IMG/VR virus record: IMGVR_UViG_642918914_000001
Span: 167,256-231,255 of that record
DNA: 64,000 nucleotides
Origin: a virus
Taxonomy: Duplodnaviria > Caudoviricetes
Strand: one strand, 5' to 3'
Part shown: in pieces, positions 28,576 through 38,987 of the stretch
How positions within the stretch are numbered: the stretch's first letter is position 1
How the letters are laid out: every line of letters starts with the position of its first letter
Notes under the pieces: model-generated
Told to the model about the DNA's origin: nothing
What the model saw: only the letters and a program-made list of their open reading frames with translations
Database searches by the model: none
Translations under genes and position numbers: made by a program

Positions 28576-28962
28576 TTAGTCCTGAAAGAGTATGGGGCGT
28601 GCGGGCACTTCGCTTAAGATCTTGACACGTGGCAGCAGCCATTGAAGGCCCATGAAGTTGCCCGACTGCAGCGTACGGTCCAAGATCTGCATGGTCTCCT
28701 GCTCGAGCCGTGGGTGCCACTGGTCCAACTCTTCGGACGAGTCATACGTCAGCACGTACACCATAGACGGAGCTGGCTTGCGAATAGCGCAACGCTTTCG
28801 ATGATACGCAGCACCGGCACCCACGTACGACAGTACGACGCTTACGTAGTCCACCGCGTGTGCCATCTCGTCGATCTGGCGAGCGGTCAGCCAGTGAAGA
28901 TTGGTGAGGCCCCACGCGCGAAGCTGCTCCAGCTCGTCTGGATGCATGAAGTTGAAGTGCAT
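28576..28962 (-). CDS. Hypothetical protein
   Basis: ORF in gene run with GGAG RBS. Confidence 0.5.
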   Translation of the reverse strand: MHFNFMHPDELEQLRAWGLTNLHWLTARQIDEMAHAVDYVSVVLSYVGAGAAYHRKRCAIRKPAPSMVYVLTYDSSEELDQWHPRLEQETMQILDRTLQSGNFMGLQWLLPRVKILSEVPARPILFQD

Positions 28963-28964
28963 GA

Positions 28965-29561
28965 TCAGTCTCCGGTCAGTCGTTTGATCAGCTCTTCGGT
29001 GTTGACGATGTACTTGCGTTGTGCCTCGTCCAGCGGGCGGATCATGTCCTGCCGCTTCATACGGATCGCATCGTTGGCGCGCAGCGACACGGTGCCCGTT
29101 TCCATATGGCAGATGCGCATCTGCAGGCTGGTGACGATTGCGTTCTTCTCGTCACGGGACAGTTCGACGGTAGACGTTTGGTTCTTGGGCATGATGGTGT
29201 AGATGGGCGAGGAATAGTTGCCGCTCAACGACACAACCAGATGGTTGCGCATCAACGTTCGCGGCTGATTCAACCGGCAGAAAGCAACCAACTGATCGCA
29301 CTTCGAGTAGAAGGCAATCTCGTTGTACTGAACGGCGGGTACTGTGTCTTGCACCGGACCAAACGTGATGATCAGCGGATCGGTCGACGCCTTGGGACGT
29401 GACAACACCTTCATCGGCACATGGGCCACTTGTTCGAATTGGTAGCGAGCAGCAAGGCGGGAGGTACGTGGCACAATCAGGATCTTAGCGTGGTCGATGA
29501 ACTGATCGTCGATCCCCATACGCATGCGTGCAAGCCCCGCTTGAGTTATGGTGGAGTTCAT
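28965..29561 (-). CDS. Hypothetical protein (N-terminus weakly tail-collar-like)
   Basis: ITQAGLAR...YNEIAFY...LVAFCRL. Confidence 0.4.
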   Translation of the reverse strand: MNSTITQAGLARMRMGIDDQFIDHAKILIVPRTSRLAARYQFEQVAHVPMKVLSRPKASTDPLIITFGPVQDTVPAVQYNEIAFYSKCDQLVAFCRLNQPRTLMRNHLVVSLSGNYSSPIYTIMPKNQTSTVELSRDEKNAIVTSLQMRICHMETGTVSLRANDAIRMKRQDMIRPLDEAQRKYIVNTEELIKRLTGD

Positions 29562-30232
29562 TTGATGTGCGCTTGGTAGGTGACGACTATGGTTTCGTCG
29601 TCGTAGGCGAAGGACAGCCAGCGTGCATAAACCGGAGACTCGTGCAGATGGCCAATGATCTCACGCAGAGGGCGATCGTCAACCGGCACACGCGGGGCTG
29701 GCTTGAAAAGAGGTCCGGCGAATTCAGGCTTGCTTAGGATGTGTTGCGCAAGAAAGCCCGACACATCGATTCGGACAGGGTTCGTAGCATAAGCCGTCAG
29801 ATTCTGCTGCTCATGCGCACTCATCAACGACAAGACCTGCGAATGGAATTGCTGATGATTAGGACCCAGGTCCACCGGCCCACTACATGTGCTATCAACG
29901 ATCGCGTGGAAAATGCCGCGGTCTTCGTCGAAGTAGCCCATCATGTCCGTGTTGTTCAGCCCAACGAGCTTCCACCAGTTGAGGAACGCGGGGCTTGGGT
30001 GCACCTTCTTCCCCTTCCACTCGAATTCGATTGTGCAGGGATCCAGCGCGTTGAACGCCTTACGAATTTCCTGCAGCTTCAGCAGGTCTTCGATACGGTA
30101 GAAGGGGGTAGGGTTGGCAGGCATCATCTGGTCAAGCGTCGTCATCTTCAGACTCCGGGTGAATAGGGACCCACTGACCATCCCGCCAAAAGTGCGTGGC
30201 GCACATGGTGACCGTGGAATACAGAGGATCAT
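29558..30232 (-). CDS. Hypothetical protein (true start probably MTTLDQ near 30145)
   Basis: ORF; GGAG upstream of the internal Met. Confidence 0.5.
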   Translation of the reverse strand: MILCIPRSPCAPRTFGGMVSGSLFTRSLKMTTLDQMMPANPTPFYRIEDLLKLQEIRKAFNALDPCTIEFEWKGKKVHPSPAFLNWWKLVGLNNTDMMGYFDEDRGIFHAIVDSTCSGPVDLGPNHQQFHSQVLSLMSAHEQQNLTAYATNPVRIDVSGFLAQHILSKPEFAGPLFKPAPRVPVDDRPLREIIGHLHESPVYARWLSFAYDDETIVVTYQAHIK

Positions 30233-31023
30233 GCGGACTGGCTATTACCTGTTGGCCATCCTCACGCACGTACATGAGAGTGCTCGGTGGATAATCCATG
30301 ATCAGTATCGGCTGTAGAGAGCGGCACTCACATCACCTGCCATGGACGGCTCCATGCTATGAGTGCGGATGCCCACAGATGCCCCACAAAATTGAGCCCT
30401 CTGCAGTTCTTCGTACAGAGGGCTGCTTGTGTCCAGCTTGGGAATGTAGTACGTATGCGTGCGTCGAAGATCACTTACCGTGACTCGTTCCCACACAGTT
30501 CCCGGGTTGTCCGAGGTCACGTGAACGATTTGACGCGTAACCTTCATGGACCGCGACTCGAGATTCACCTCGATGTTGGTGATTTGGTCGGAAGCGCACA
30601 CTCCCACCAGATTGGGATTCGGTTGTGGGCCACGGTCCCCGATCACATAGCGATCGTAGACTCCGCACTTACGACCGAAAGTGATTTCAGATGGCGCGGC
30701 CGATTGCATGCCCGCCAGCGTAGGATACTGCCTGCGGTACTCATCCTCAATCGAGTCGGGTATCGGGTTGCTGAGCACGGCACGCCTCCAGGAATTCGGG
30801 CTTGTCCAGCAACGACAAGCTGATGTTGGTGAATTGCTTGAGGACCCGAATGTCATCCGCGTTGATGATGCCACGCTGCACGTCGTGCATGATGCGCGGC
30901 ACTTCCTTACGATAGAAGGTAACAGGGTCGGTTTGCTGGTGGCGAATAAGAGCTTCGTGCGCAGCAGCCAGCGAACGGCGGAGAACTTTCGGGTCCATGA
31001 TCAGTGAGGCTAGATGGTTGATG

Positions 31024-31341
31024 TTACAGAGCGACGCGCTCGATCAGGTGCTCGATGCGCGCGCAGGCGCCATTCACCGACCACGTGTGCGTACGGATTG
31101 CCGTACCTACGGCGGTGAGACGTGCTTCGGCAGAAGACTTGCCTTCTGCGCAATCCTGCTCCACATGCAGCACCGGGTCCAGCTTCTTTTCGAGGCTGTT
31201 CAGTAGCTGATGCAGACGGCTGGTCGCCAGATCCAGCATCGAAAGCTGCTCGTGGATTTCGCCATGCGGTTCCTGGCCGTCACCGACAGGGGACGTGTTA
31301 GCGAGGGACGCATTGGTAGACTTCTTCAGATGGTCGTTCAT
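31024..31341 (-). CDS. Hypothetical protein
   Basis: ORF with AGGAG RBS. Confidence 0.55.
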   Translation of the reverse strand: MNDHLKKSTNASLANTSPVGDGQEPHGEIHEQLSMLDLATSRLHQLLNSLEKKLDPVLHVEQDCAEGKSSAEARLTAVGTAIRTHTWSVNGACARIEHLIERVAL

Positions 31342-31350
31342 GACTGCTCC

Positions 31351-32709
31351 TTACTGTTGGTTGACGTAGTTGGCATCCGGATTGGAGCCGTCGTTGGCCG
31401 TGGATTGCACAGCGGGCTTCGCCTGCTTGAACGCCTGGAACTGCTTGAAGGCTTCATAGTAGGTGACCGGGTCTTCGCCAGCTTCGATCGCACACTGGCG
31501 GATGTACGGAGGCACGTCGTCCGCGGTCTGTTCAGCAACCGGTTGTTCGGCAGCCGTCTGTTCAGCAGCCGTCTGTTCAGCAGCCGTCTGTTCAGCAGCC
31601 GTCTGTTCAGCAGCCGCTTGCTCCGGAGCCGTCTGTTCAGCGGTGGGCTGCGCCGCATTCAGCGACACCGGCGTCCACTGCTGGACGTTGTCCACAATCG
31701 GACCAGGAGTCACAAGCGCTGTGTCGATCGCATACTGCGGCACAGGACCCGCCAGATAGTTGACGTAGGCATCGGTTCGCGCCAGCAGGTATTGGTCCTT
31801 GTTCGTCTGTTGACGGAAGACGACGCCCGACATGAGGTTGGCGAACGGGATGTCCTGCCATGAGCGGTCTTCGGCTACCGGGCCGCCGTTCCACACCTGG
31901 ATGGGGATCAGATTCGTGGTCTGCGGCTTCGGCAGATAGCCCTTCATGGACTGCACCACGGCGATGAACAGGGAGTCCTTGGTACGGTGTTCTTCAGTCA
32001 GGTCCGAGAAGTCCACCAGCAGCGGATGGGTCTTGGCTTCCACGTCCTTCTTCGCGCCGTACACCCAGCCTTCTGCACGCTTCGACTCGCACCATGCTTC
32101 ATGCTGCTGTTGGGCGGTGTAGCCGTAGCGCAGTTGCTGCTGGATGCCGAAGTACAGCGAGTTCTTGGTCTGCTCGCTGACTTCGTTCCACGGCTTCTTG
32201 TCTTCGTCCGACAGCGACATGTACGCGGTGTTCACGGCGCGGGCCACCTGTGCGATGTCGTCAACGGTGATGCAGCCGCGCACCACGATGCCGCTCAGGT
32301 CCAGGTACTCGACCTGGGACGTGACCAAATTGCTGGTCACCACGTTGGCGTCTTCGGCCGTGCGCGAGGCGAACGACTGAGCGACTTGTTGCAGTTGGTC
32401 AAGCGTGGGGTTGCCCGCCACTTGAATGTGGGCGATGCGACGCGGCACGCCGTTCGTCTGCTGATTGGTTTCGGGTTGTGCTTCGATCTGCGGTTGTTCC
32501 ATGGACGGGTCCGAGGTTGGTTTGAGGTGGGAGAGCTTGCCGACCAAGCCCAAGTCGCTGGTCGACACAATGTCGAGGTCATACCCATCAGTGAAGTACA
32601 GTGTCCAGGTGTTGCCACAGACGCTGACTCCCTGAATGGTCTTTCCAACGATCTGCTTCAAGTCATCGAGAGTTTCGACGTACTCCAAATGCAAGTTGTT
32701 GACTGTCAT
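31351..32709 (-). CDS. RyR-domain-containing protein with AAEQT repeats
   Basis: QHEAWCESKRAEGWVYGAKKDVEAKTHPLLVDFSDLTEEHRTKD is the RyR repeat signature. Confidence 0.75.
   Translation of the reverse strand: MTVNNLHLEYVETLDDLKQIVGKTIQGVSVCGNTWTLYFTDGYDLDIVSTSDLGLVGKLSHLKPTSDPSMEQPQIEAQPETNQQTNGVPRRIAHIQVAGNPTLDQLQQVAQSFASRTAEDANVVTSNLVTSQVEYLDLSGIVVRGCITVDDIAQVARAVNTAYMSLSDEDKKPWNEVSEQTKNSLYFGIQQQLRYGYTAQQQHEAWCESKRAEGWVYGAKKDVEAKTHPLLVDFSDLTEEHRTKDSLFIAVVQSMKGYLPKPQTTNLIPIQVWNGGPVAEDRSWQDIPFANLMSGVVFRQQTNKDQYLLARTDAYVNYLAGPVPQYAIDTALVTPGPIVDNVQQWTPVSLNAAQPTAEQTAPEQAAAEQTAAEQTAAEQTAAEQTAAEQPVAEQTADDVPPYIRQCAIEAGEDPVTYYEAFKQFQAFKQAKPAVQSTANDGSNPDANYVNQQ
31522..31641. repeat. 15-bp coding tandem repeat (GCAGCCGTCTGTTCA; AAEQT), 4 perfect copies plus degenerate ones
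   Basis: Perfect copies at 31550-31609. Confidence 0.9.
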
Positions 32710-32729
32710 GTACTGCTCCTATTTACGTG

Positions 32730-33983
32730 TTAGCCCAGTCGCAGCAGAAGGCTGTTGCTGGCCCGAGTGAGTGCTGTGTACAGATGATGACGGCGGTATT
32801 CGCGGAACACACGGCTTTCGTCATACACCACAAGGTTCTCCCACTCACTACCCTGGGCCACGTGCACAGACAGGCACCAGCCGAAGTCGAACTCCTCGGT
32901 TGATGCTATGTCCTTCCACTGCGGTTCAGGCAGCGACTGGTTGAAGAGATGGCAGCTAGTCTGAATCTGATCGACGACCAGCGGCTTGCCGGTTGCATCC
33001 AAGATGTCGTGCGACTTGACCTTGAAGTGCAGACCACGGACCTCAGTGTTACGCCACACAGGCGGCGCGCCATTGCGCACGTCACGCCAGTTGTCCAGTG
33101 CCTTGACCGGGGCTTCCACCGGCTGGCTGCACTTCCACAGCGTGCCGTTCAGCAGGCCACGTGTCTTGTTGTTGCGGCGGCAGACCAGACGTTCACCACG
33201 CACTGGATACTGTGGATGGATCTGGGCCATACCGTTCAACTTTCGGATCTTGCGATTCAGCGAGTGGCGCGTGGCGTTGGTACCGCAAAGCACTTGGTCG
33301 GCACCCAACAGCCACTGATCCGGGAGGTCTTGGTCTGTATCCAGCACCAAGCACGAGCCATAGCGACCGGGTTTGATCTCTTCACCAAGACGGGCCTTGG
33401 TCGCCAGCATGAGAATGGGGCTGTCGGCTGCCGTGCGATGCACCTCTGTCAGCATGAAGTCGGCCGTTGCCTGCACGAAGAAGCCGGTGCCCAACACTGG
33501 AGGCAGTTGACCAGGGTCACCCAGCACAAGGATAGGAACGCCAAACGACAGCAGGTCGTTACCCTGATCTTCGTTCACCATCGACACCTCATCCACGATC
33601 AGTAGGTTGGTGTGCCGAAGGATGGATTCAGGGTTTAGCACGTAGTCCACCACGCGCCCCGTCTGCGGGTCGGTCACCGCCTTGTAGATCAGGCTGTGAA
33701 TGGTGGACGCACCACGACAGCCCTTCTTGATGAGCTCGGACGCGGCCTTGCCGGTGAACGCGGCGAATTGCACGGTGCCACCAATGTCCGCCACGCGCGC
33801 CGCAATCTCTTGCGCCAGCGTGCTCTTGCCGGTACCTGCGTACCCAAACAGGCGGAAGATCTGCTTGTGCGTGTCGAACGTTGGACGATGGCGCACATGC
33901 TTGAAGATCCACTGCGTGATCAGGTCTAGTGCTTCTGCTTGCTGTTTGCCCCATGCACGGGGTCTACTTGAGTGGTCAGACAT
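32730..33983 (-). CDS. SF1B DNA helicase (Dda/RecD2-like)
   Basis: GYAGTGKST, AFTGKAA, STIHSLIY, IVDEVSMV, GDPGQLPPV, SVHVAQGSEW, LYTALTRA. Confidence 0.9.
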   Translation of the reverse strand: MSDHSSRPRAWGKQQAEALDLITQWIFKHVRHRPTFDTHKQIFRLFGYAGTGKSTLAQEIAARVADIGGTVQFAAFTGKAASELIKKGCRGASTIHSLIYKAVTDPQTGRVVDYVLNPESILRHTNLLIVDEVSMVNEDQGNDLLSFGVPILVLGDPGQLPPVLGTGFFVQATADFMLTEVHRTAADSPILMLATKARLGEEIKPGRYGSCLVLDTDQDLPDQWLLGADQVLCGTNATRHSLNRKIRKLNGMAQIHPQYPVRGERLVCRRNNKTRGLLNGTLWKCSQPVEAPVKALDNWRDVRNGAPPVWRNTEVRGLHFKVKSHDILDATGKPLVVDQIQTSCHLFNQSLPEPQWKDIASTEEFDFGWCLSVHVAQGSEWENLVVYDESRVFREYRRHHLYTALTRASNSLLLRLG

Positions 33984-34209
33984 GTCAGGATTCCCTTGGC
34001 ATGGAGCTGTAGAATAAGTGAGGCTAGGGCGTTTCGATGGCCGTGTGACGTTGAACCTTACCAGTAGAAGCAGAGGGCGCCGCGTCCGTAGTACAGACGG
34101 AAGCCGGACCAGCGACTACCGGCCGAAGACACGGTGTCGTAATTCTGCCAGCGAATGCCAACCCACTTGCGCCAATGAATGAGTTGGACGTACACCTTGC
34201 CGATTCTAA

Positions 34210-34704
34210 TCATACGGCCTCCTTGGCCTTCATCTCGTCCTGTGCAAACAGGAACATGGCATCCACGAACCTCAGCCAATCATTACGCGAAAAGACGATG
34301 GGGCCGGGAATCTGCCGCTTTTCATCAGTCCAGAGGCTGGAGGTGCGAAGCTCGATATCGCTGTGCACCCACCACGAACCTCGAATAGAAGTGCCCGACT
34401 CGGTCTTGTCCTTGAAGAATTCCATGTTCAGCATGAGCAGGAAGTCGAGATAGTGCCGTCGACTCTTCTCGATGAGCTGGTACGTGGATCTGGAGGTGAT
34501 GGCGTGGCATGCGCGAAGCGCCAGAACTGCAAACTCCTCGTCCACATCACCGTCGTCGGTATCGAATTCAAAGATGCCTCTGCCCAAGAACTCGAGACGC
34601 GACTGCTCGCGTGACGACAGACCAAGCTCCGCTTCAGTCTTCATGCTGGATTCGAGCAGCGCCACGTAGTCGGCGACCGTGTGTTCAGTCATAAGAGTTG
34701 CCAT
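34210..34704 (-). CDS. Hypothetical protein
   Basis: ORF with GTSIRGSWW motif. Confidence 0.55.
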   Translation of the reverse strand: MATLMTEHTVADYVALLESSMKTEAELGLSSREQSRLEFLGRGIFEFDTDDGDVDEEFAVLALRACHAITSRSTYQLIEKSRRHYLDFLLMLNMEFFKDKTESGTSIRGSWWVHSDIELRTSSLWTDEKRQIPGPIVFSRNDWLRFVDAMFLFAQDEMKAKEAV

Positions 34705-34705
34705 G

Positions 34706-35245
34706 TCACATCCCTAGAATGTCCTTCATCAACGCAGTCTGCGTAAGCTTCGGGTCCTGTAGGCGGCGCGCACGCAGTCGGATGGCGCGCACCACGTGAG
34801 GCCGTGGAACGAAGTTGCGAATGAAGGGAAAGCCGTGAGTGCTGAACGCAATCTGCATCCAGTCGTGCACCAACGGATTGGGGCCGGTTACATCGTCGCG
34901 TAGGTTGCGACGCAGGTCTACACCCATGCCCAAAGGCAGTACCTGAAACACGATGTATTTACTGGTCACCTGCAGTCGGAACTTGGCGACGGGCGACTGC
35001 CCTTGCGCCACTCGCACTTCCTCTGGCACGTCGTCCAACGTCAAGTCCATGGTAGGGCACTTGAAGTTGTTGGGTGTGCGAAGCGCCAAGCTGATGATGG
35101 GCATACGCGGCCAGTCGCCGTTCCAGATAGTGGGTTCCGGCGTCCAGCGCAGACCGCCGTCCACCATCTTCTGATGGCGCACCTTGTCCAACAACACGCC
35201 GTCCACCAACGGGATCAAGTCATAGTGCTTGGAGAGATTCTTCAT
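34706..35245 (-). CDS. Hypothetical protein
   Basis: ORF with GAGG RBS. Confidence 0.55.
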   Translation of the reverse strand: MKNLSKHYDLIPLVDGVLLDKVRHQKMVDGGLRWTPEPTIWNGDWPRMPIISLALRTPNNFKCPTMDLTLDDVPEEVRVAQGQSPVAKFRLQVTSKYIVFQVLPLGMGVDLRRNLRDDVTGPNPLVHDWMQIAFSTHGFPFIRNFVPRPHVVRAIRLRARRLQDPKLTQTALMKDILGM

Positions 35246-35363
35246 TTCACTTTCCTCTTTGCCAGTTCGACGAGTTGCTTCTCGTCGCGATCGGGATATT
35301 TGGCCTTCAACTGTTTGAGTGTGTCGCGCTCCTTTTCCAGCAACGCAAGGCGAACACTGGCTT

Positions 35364-37178
35364 CTACTTCCCCTTCGGTGAATCGAATCGTCGCCGGGTC
35401 TTGGTCAGCATGCTGTTGAGACTAGCCATGCGCGAAGCGTAGGGACTGGACGCGCGCTTCGCTCGCTGCTTGACAATCCGTTCCTTCTGCTTCTTCTTGG
35501 AAGCCTCAGCCCGGCGGACGTTTCGCAAGCGGGCCACCTCTTCGGGTGGGTACAGATTTTCTAGCTGCCGTGTGATGGACGTCTTGAAGCCCAGCCGCGT
35601 CACATAGCTGGTGTCTATGGTTGCTCGGTTGAACAGCTTCTCGTTCAGGAGGCGTGCGATACTATGGTCGGGCACCACAACCAACACTGACTCCGTGGAC
35701 TTCACGTCGCGAAGACTAAGGCGACACACGCTCTGATTGCACACATCGGCCACATGGTCCTTTGCAAAGTCGTAGTTCGGCAATCGCTCGCGGTAGAATT
35801 GGATGAGCTGTGGCGCAGGGTTGATGGCAGCCAAAAATGCGAGGACGTTACGCTCCTTATACGTGTTGAGCCCGTGACTCATGAAGGGCAGGAGTTCGGC
35901 CTCGGGACAGCCGCTGTCGTCGCTCAGCATTTCGGCATAGTGCTCGTCCTTGGCGAACTTGTCGTTGAGCACCATCAACGGCAAACCAAAGGACTTGTGA
36001 GTGCGACGCCAGTGGCGGATCACACGCTTCGCTGACTGTATGTACCACGCAAGCGGGTCGAACTCCACACCCTTCACTGTGCGAAGGTAGTCGATCTTGG
36101 CTTGGATCTTCTTGTTCAGTTCGTAGGCGGTGCTCACTGTTTGCTTTCGCATGGCCTTGCGCACGCCACCAACCGACGACACTCGCTCCAGAATCTTGTC
36201 GAGCTTGGAGGACGGTGCCAGCATGCCGTAGAGAAGCTGCGTTTTTGACAGGGCCATGTATTGCGGAGTGAGCAGGGCGATCGTCAGTTGATTGTAGCGA
36301 TTGAGAAGCGCGATGCGGCGCTTGGAAATGGTGTTGCCCAGCGCCAAACCCACGTCCCGCAGCTTAACGCCAGACGCTTCCTTCAGCAGGTGGTACATCT
36401 GCGAGTCTTCGAAGTGCGCGGCCAGCACGGTGACTCGCTTGAACCCGTCGAAGATGTGGGACGGCAGCACGATCTCGTAGAACTCATGCTGCTTCATAAG
36501 GAAGGACTGGCCCGAGTCGATGATCTCGTCGGCCTCCAACGGTATGTCAAGGAACACCTCGTACCGTGAGTTGGTTGCCTTGTCGAACAGCTTCTCGATG
36601 CGCTTGTACTGCTTGACGAACTGCGGAGTGTCGGAGAACGCCTTGGATTCGCGTAGAATCTTGGCGGCGCCGGGGCGGCAAGTCACCTGCCGAAACATAG
36701 ACTGGCCGACTCGCGGTTCAATCACAAACAGTCGAGCGAACAGGTCCTGTGCCCCAACATCGTTGAGAAGGATCTGCGCGCCCTGCGTTACGACCTTGCG
36801 CGCTTCGTCGAAGTAGACGGTGACCTGTTGGAATTCGGGAGCGCGGCGCAGCTTCAGAAACGAATCGTGAGTGGTGAGAACGATCCGTCCCTTGGCGGCA
36901 AGCGGGTCCAGCAGCGACAGCACAACTGCCTGCGGAACGTTCTTGGTGTTCTTGTGATGATGCATGAACACCTTCTTGAAGTCTTCGGGCGGTAGTCGTC
37001 GACTGAGATCGTTGCGTACCTGTTCCAGCAGTTTGATGGTGGGTGCCAGATACAGGGATTTCTGACGAGCGGGTAGCCCTCGCATCATATCCTCAATCGC
37101 CCAGTGAGTCTTACCCAGTCCGGGGATGGCAGAGATGTAGTCGATAACGGTGGTGGATGGCATGGGTTTATGTACCAA
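35364..37178 (-). CDS. SF2-like helicase / possible origin-binding protein; C-terminus probably extends to about 35242 across a frameshift
   Basis: AIPGLGKTH Walker A, LYLAPTIKLLEQ, LTTHDSF, YFDEAR. Confidence 0.65.
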   Translation of the reverse strand: MVHKPMPSTTVIDYISAIPGLGKTHWAIEDMMRGLPARQKSLYLAPTIKLLEQVRNDLSRRLPPEDFKKVFMHHHKNTKNVPQAVVLSLLDPLAAKGRIVLTTHDSFLKLRRAPEFQQVTVYFDEARKVVTQGAQILLNDVGAQDLFARLFVIEPRVGQSMFRQVTCRPGAAKILRESKAFSDTPQFVKQYKRIEKLFDKATNSRYEVFLDIPLEADEIIDSGQSFLMKQHEFYEIVLPSHIFDGFKRVTVLAAHFEDSQMYHLLKEASGVKLRDVGLALGNTISKRRIALLNRYNQLTIALLTPQYMALSKTQLLYGMLAPSSKLDKILERVSSVGGVRKAMRKQTVSTAYELNKKIQAKIDYLRTVKGVEFDPLAWYIQSAKRVIRHWRRTHKSFGLPLMVLNDKFAKDEHYAEMLSDDSGCPEAELLPFMSHGLNTYKERNVLAFLAAINPAPQLIQFYRERLPNYDFAKDHVADVCNQSVCRLSLRDVKSTESVLVVVPDHSIARLLNEKLFNRATIDTSYVTRLGFKTSITRQLENLYPPEEVARLRNVRRAEASKKKQKERIVKQRAKRASSPYASRMASLNSMLTKTRRRFDSPKGK

Positions 37179-37714
37179 GGGGCCTGCGAGCCATTTATTT
37201 ACTGCTGGACTTTTGCCAAAAGTCGTGCACTAAACTCCGCTCGCAGTGGAGCTGGCACACTGGCCCCTGCTGCTTTCGGTTTATGTACCATGCTCCCTTA
37301 TACAATCATATCTTAAAGGGAGGTGGGTACATAAACCCGCCCGGTACGGGCAAAACAGCAAAAGTGGATGGCACGAGTAGTCAAGCACGTTATGAGGGGT
37401 GGCGGGGGTCCCCTCAGGGGGTGCCGCGCCGAGTAGTGCTTGCTACGAGTGTTCATGGGCGAGCGCAGCGAAGCCCATCACTAGAACAGGCAACAACCCC
37501 GAAGCTGATCAGTGTTTGGCTTGTGGCCTTTGTCTGTCAAGCGCGCTTCGCGCGCGAGGCCGCCATAGCTCACTTGCCCTTGCCGTGCTGCGCACGGACA
37601 TCGGGCTTGCATGCTCACTATGGACGGCGATCTACTGTTCCGAGTCTGTCCCATCCACTGCGAGTTACGCTGTGACCGTAAATACACGCGTCAGCAACTA
37701 AACGCAAAATCAAC
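37179..37714. promoter_or_regulatory. Divergent intergenic region with back-to-back GTAAATA motifs; candidate replication origin
   Basis: Coding-strand switch; TATTTACTGC at 37196 and GTAAATA at 37678; AT-rich patch at about 37297-37318; several inverted repeats. Confidence 0.5.
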
Positions 37715-38728
37715 ATGGAAGCAGTAGGCATCGGTGACCTGCATCTCACAGGGCAGAACGGCAAAGGTGCGCTGTCTCAGTACATCGAGAATCCAGACCA
37801 GATGGTGATGAACGAAGTACAGAAAGCGCAAGACTGGGCACGCGCCCGTGGTGTGCGTCGCATCTTCTACTACGGCGACGTGTGTGACACGCCTCGCATG
37901 TCGTACGACGCGGTCATGGCGCTCACTGCCAATCTAGACCGCAACGATGACCTGCTCCACACCTTCATCCTGGGCAATCATGACATGTTCGGCATGCAGC
38001 CCGAACTCGGTCATAGCCTCGAACTGTTGTCGCTGCTCAAGCGCCCTCACGTCAAGATCTACACGCATCAACGCCGCGTGAAGGTGGAAGGGGCATATGT
38101 CAACTTCATGCCGTACCCGTGCGACAAGTTCGACGTCGACTCGTTGAACGTGTTCCACCTTGAAGTGCGCGGTGCGAAGAACGATGCGGGTCGTGTGTTC
38201 GACGATGAGAAGTTGCCGCGGTCCAAGGCCGTGGCCGTTGGTGGCCATCTGCATACGGCGCATCGCGTGCGCAACACCTACTTCAGCGGCAATCTGTATC
38301 AGACGAACTTCGGCGAGCAGCTGCCGAAGTACTTCCACCACATTCAGTTCAACTCGCCGCAAGACTACGAGATTCGCAGCGTGAAGCACAGCCCGACGTA
38401 CACGCTGCACAACGTGGTGCTGCAGTCGCGGAAGGACCTGGAGCTCATCCCTCGCGAGAAGACGTCGCTGGTCAAGCTCATCGTGGAAGACGGGGCCGAT
38501 GTGTCGGCTGCCGACTACGCCTTCGACAACATCGTCCAGATCAAGAACTGGAAGACGAAGGCCGATCTGGCTGCGGTGTTGACCGAAGACCTGTCGCAGG
38601 GACAGGCGGTCACCATCAACCTGGAACTGTTCTTCAGTGAGTGGGTGGCAGGCTACGATGTGGACGAGTCGATGCGTGATGCGATCCGCGAAGTGCGGCG
38701 TCGCGTGTTGAACGGCGCCCGTAAATAG
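37715..38728 (+). CDS. Mre11/SbcD-like metallophosphoesterase nuclease
   Basis: GDLH, YGDVCD, GNHD, GHLH, G.LYQTNFGE. Confidence 0.85.
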   Translation: MEAVGIGDLHLTGQNGKGALSQYIENPDQMVMNEVQKAQDWARARGVRRIFYYGDVCDTPRMSYDAVMALTANLDRNDDLLHTFILGNHDMFGMQPELGHSLELLSLLKRPHVKIYTHQRRVKVEGAYVNFMPYPCDKFDVDSLNVFHLEVRGAKNDAGRVFDDEKLPRSKAVAVGGHLHTAHRVRNTYFSGNLYQTNFGEQLPKYFHHIQFNSPQDYEIRSVKHSPTYTLHNVVLQSRKDLELIPREKTSLVKLIVEDGADVSAADYAFDNIVQIKNWKTKADLAAVLTEDLSQGQAVTINLELFFSEWVAGYDVDESMRDAIREVRRRVLNGARK

Positions 38729-38753
38729 AACGGTCCCTGTCTTAGGAGCGCTC

Positions 38754-38987
38754 ATGGCCTTCTGTGGTGTTATCAATCAAGAGATCGCGACCGCCGTGTG
38801 TCCGCTGTCCAAGGGCGCGTGCATGTGGCAGCATCGCACGTCGCATCTCTGCAAGTTCCAAGATCACGAGTTGGACGCCGAGCAGTACGCGAAGCTAGTG
38901 GGTTTGCCTCCGGCCGATCCAAACGTGATCCAAATCCTCAAGAGTACCCTGTTGCACCGCGTGCGCGCGGAACTGGAGACCAAATGA
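38754..38987 (+). CDS. Small Cys-rich protein
   Basis: AGGAG RBS; FC...CP...CMW...C. Confidence 0.55.
   Translation: MAFCGVINQEIATAVCPLSKGACMWQHRTSHLCKFQDHELDAEQYAKLVGLPPADPNVIQILKSTLLHRVRAELETK

Noticed and set aside
31522-31641. Possible CRISPR-like array
   Set aside because: Head-to-tail 15-bp in-frame repeats with no spacers; encodes AAEQT.
37157-37701. ORFs in the divergent gap
   Set aside because: No codon bias, RBS or motifs; treated as non-coding.
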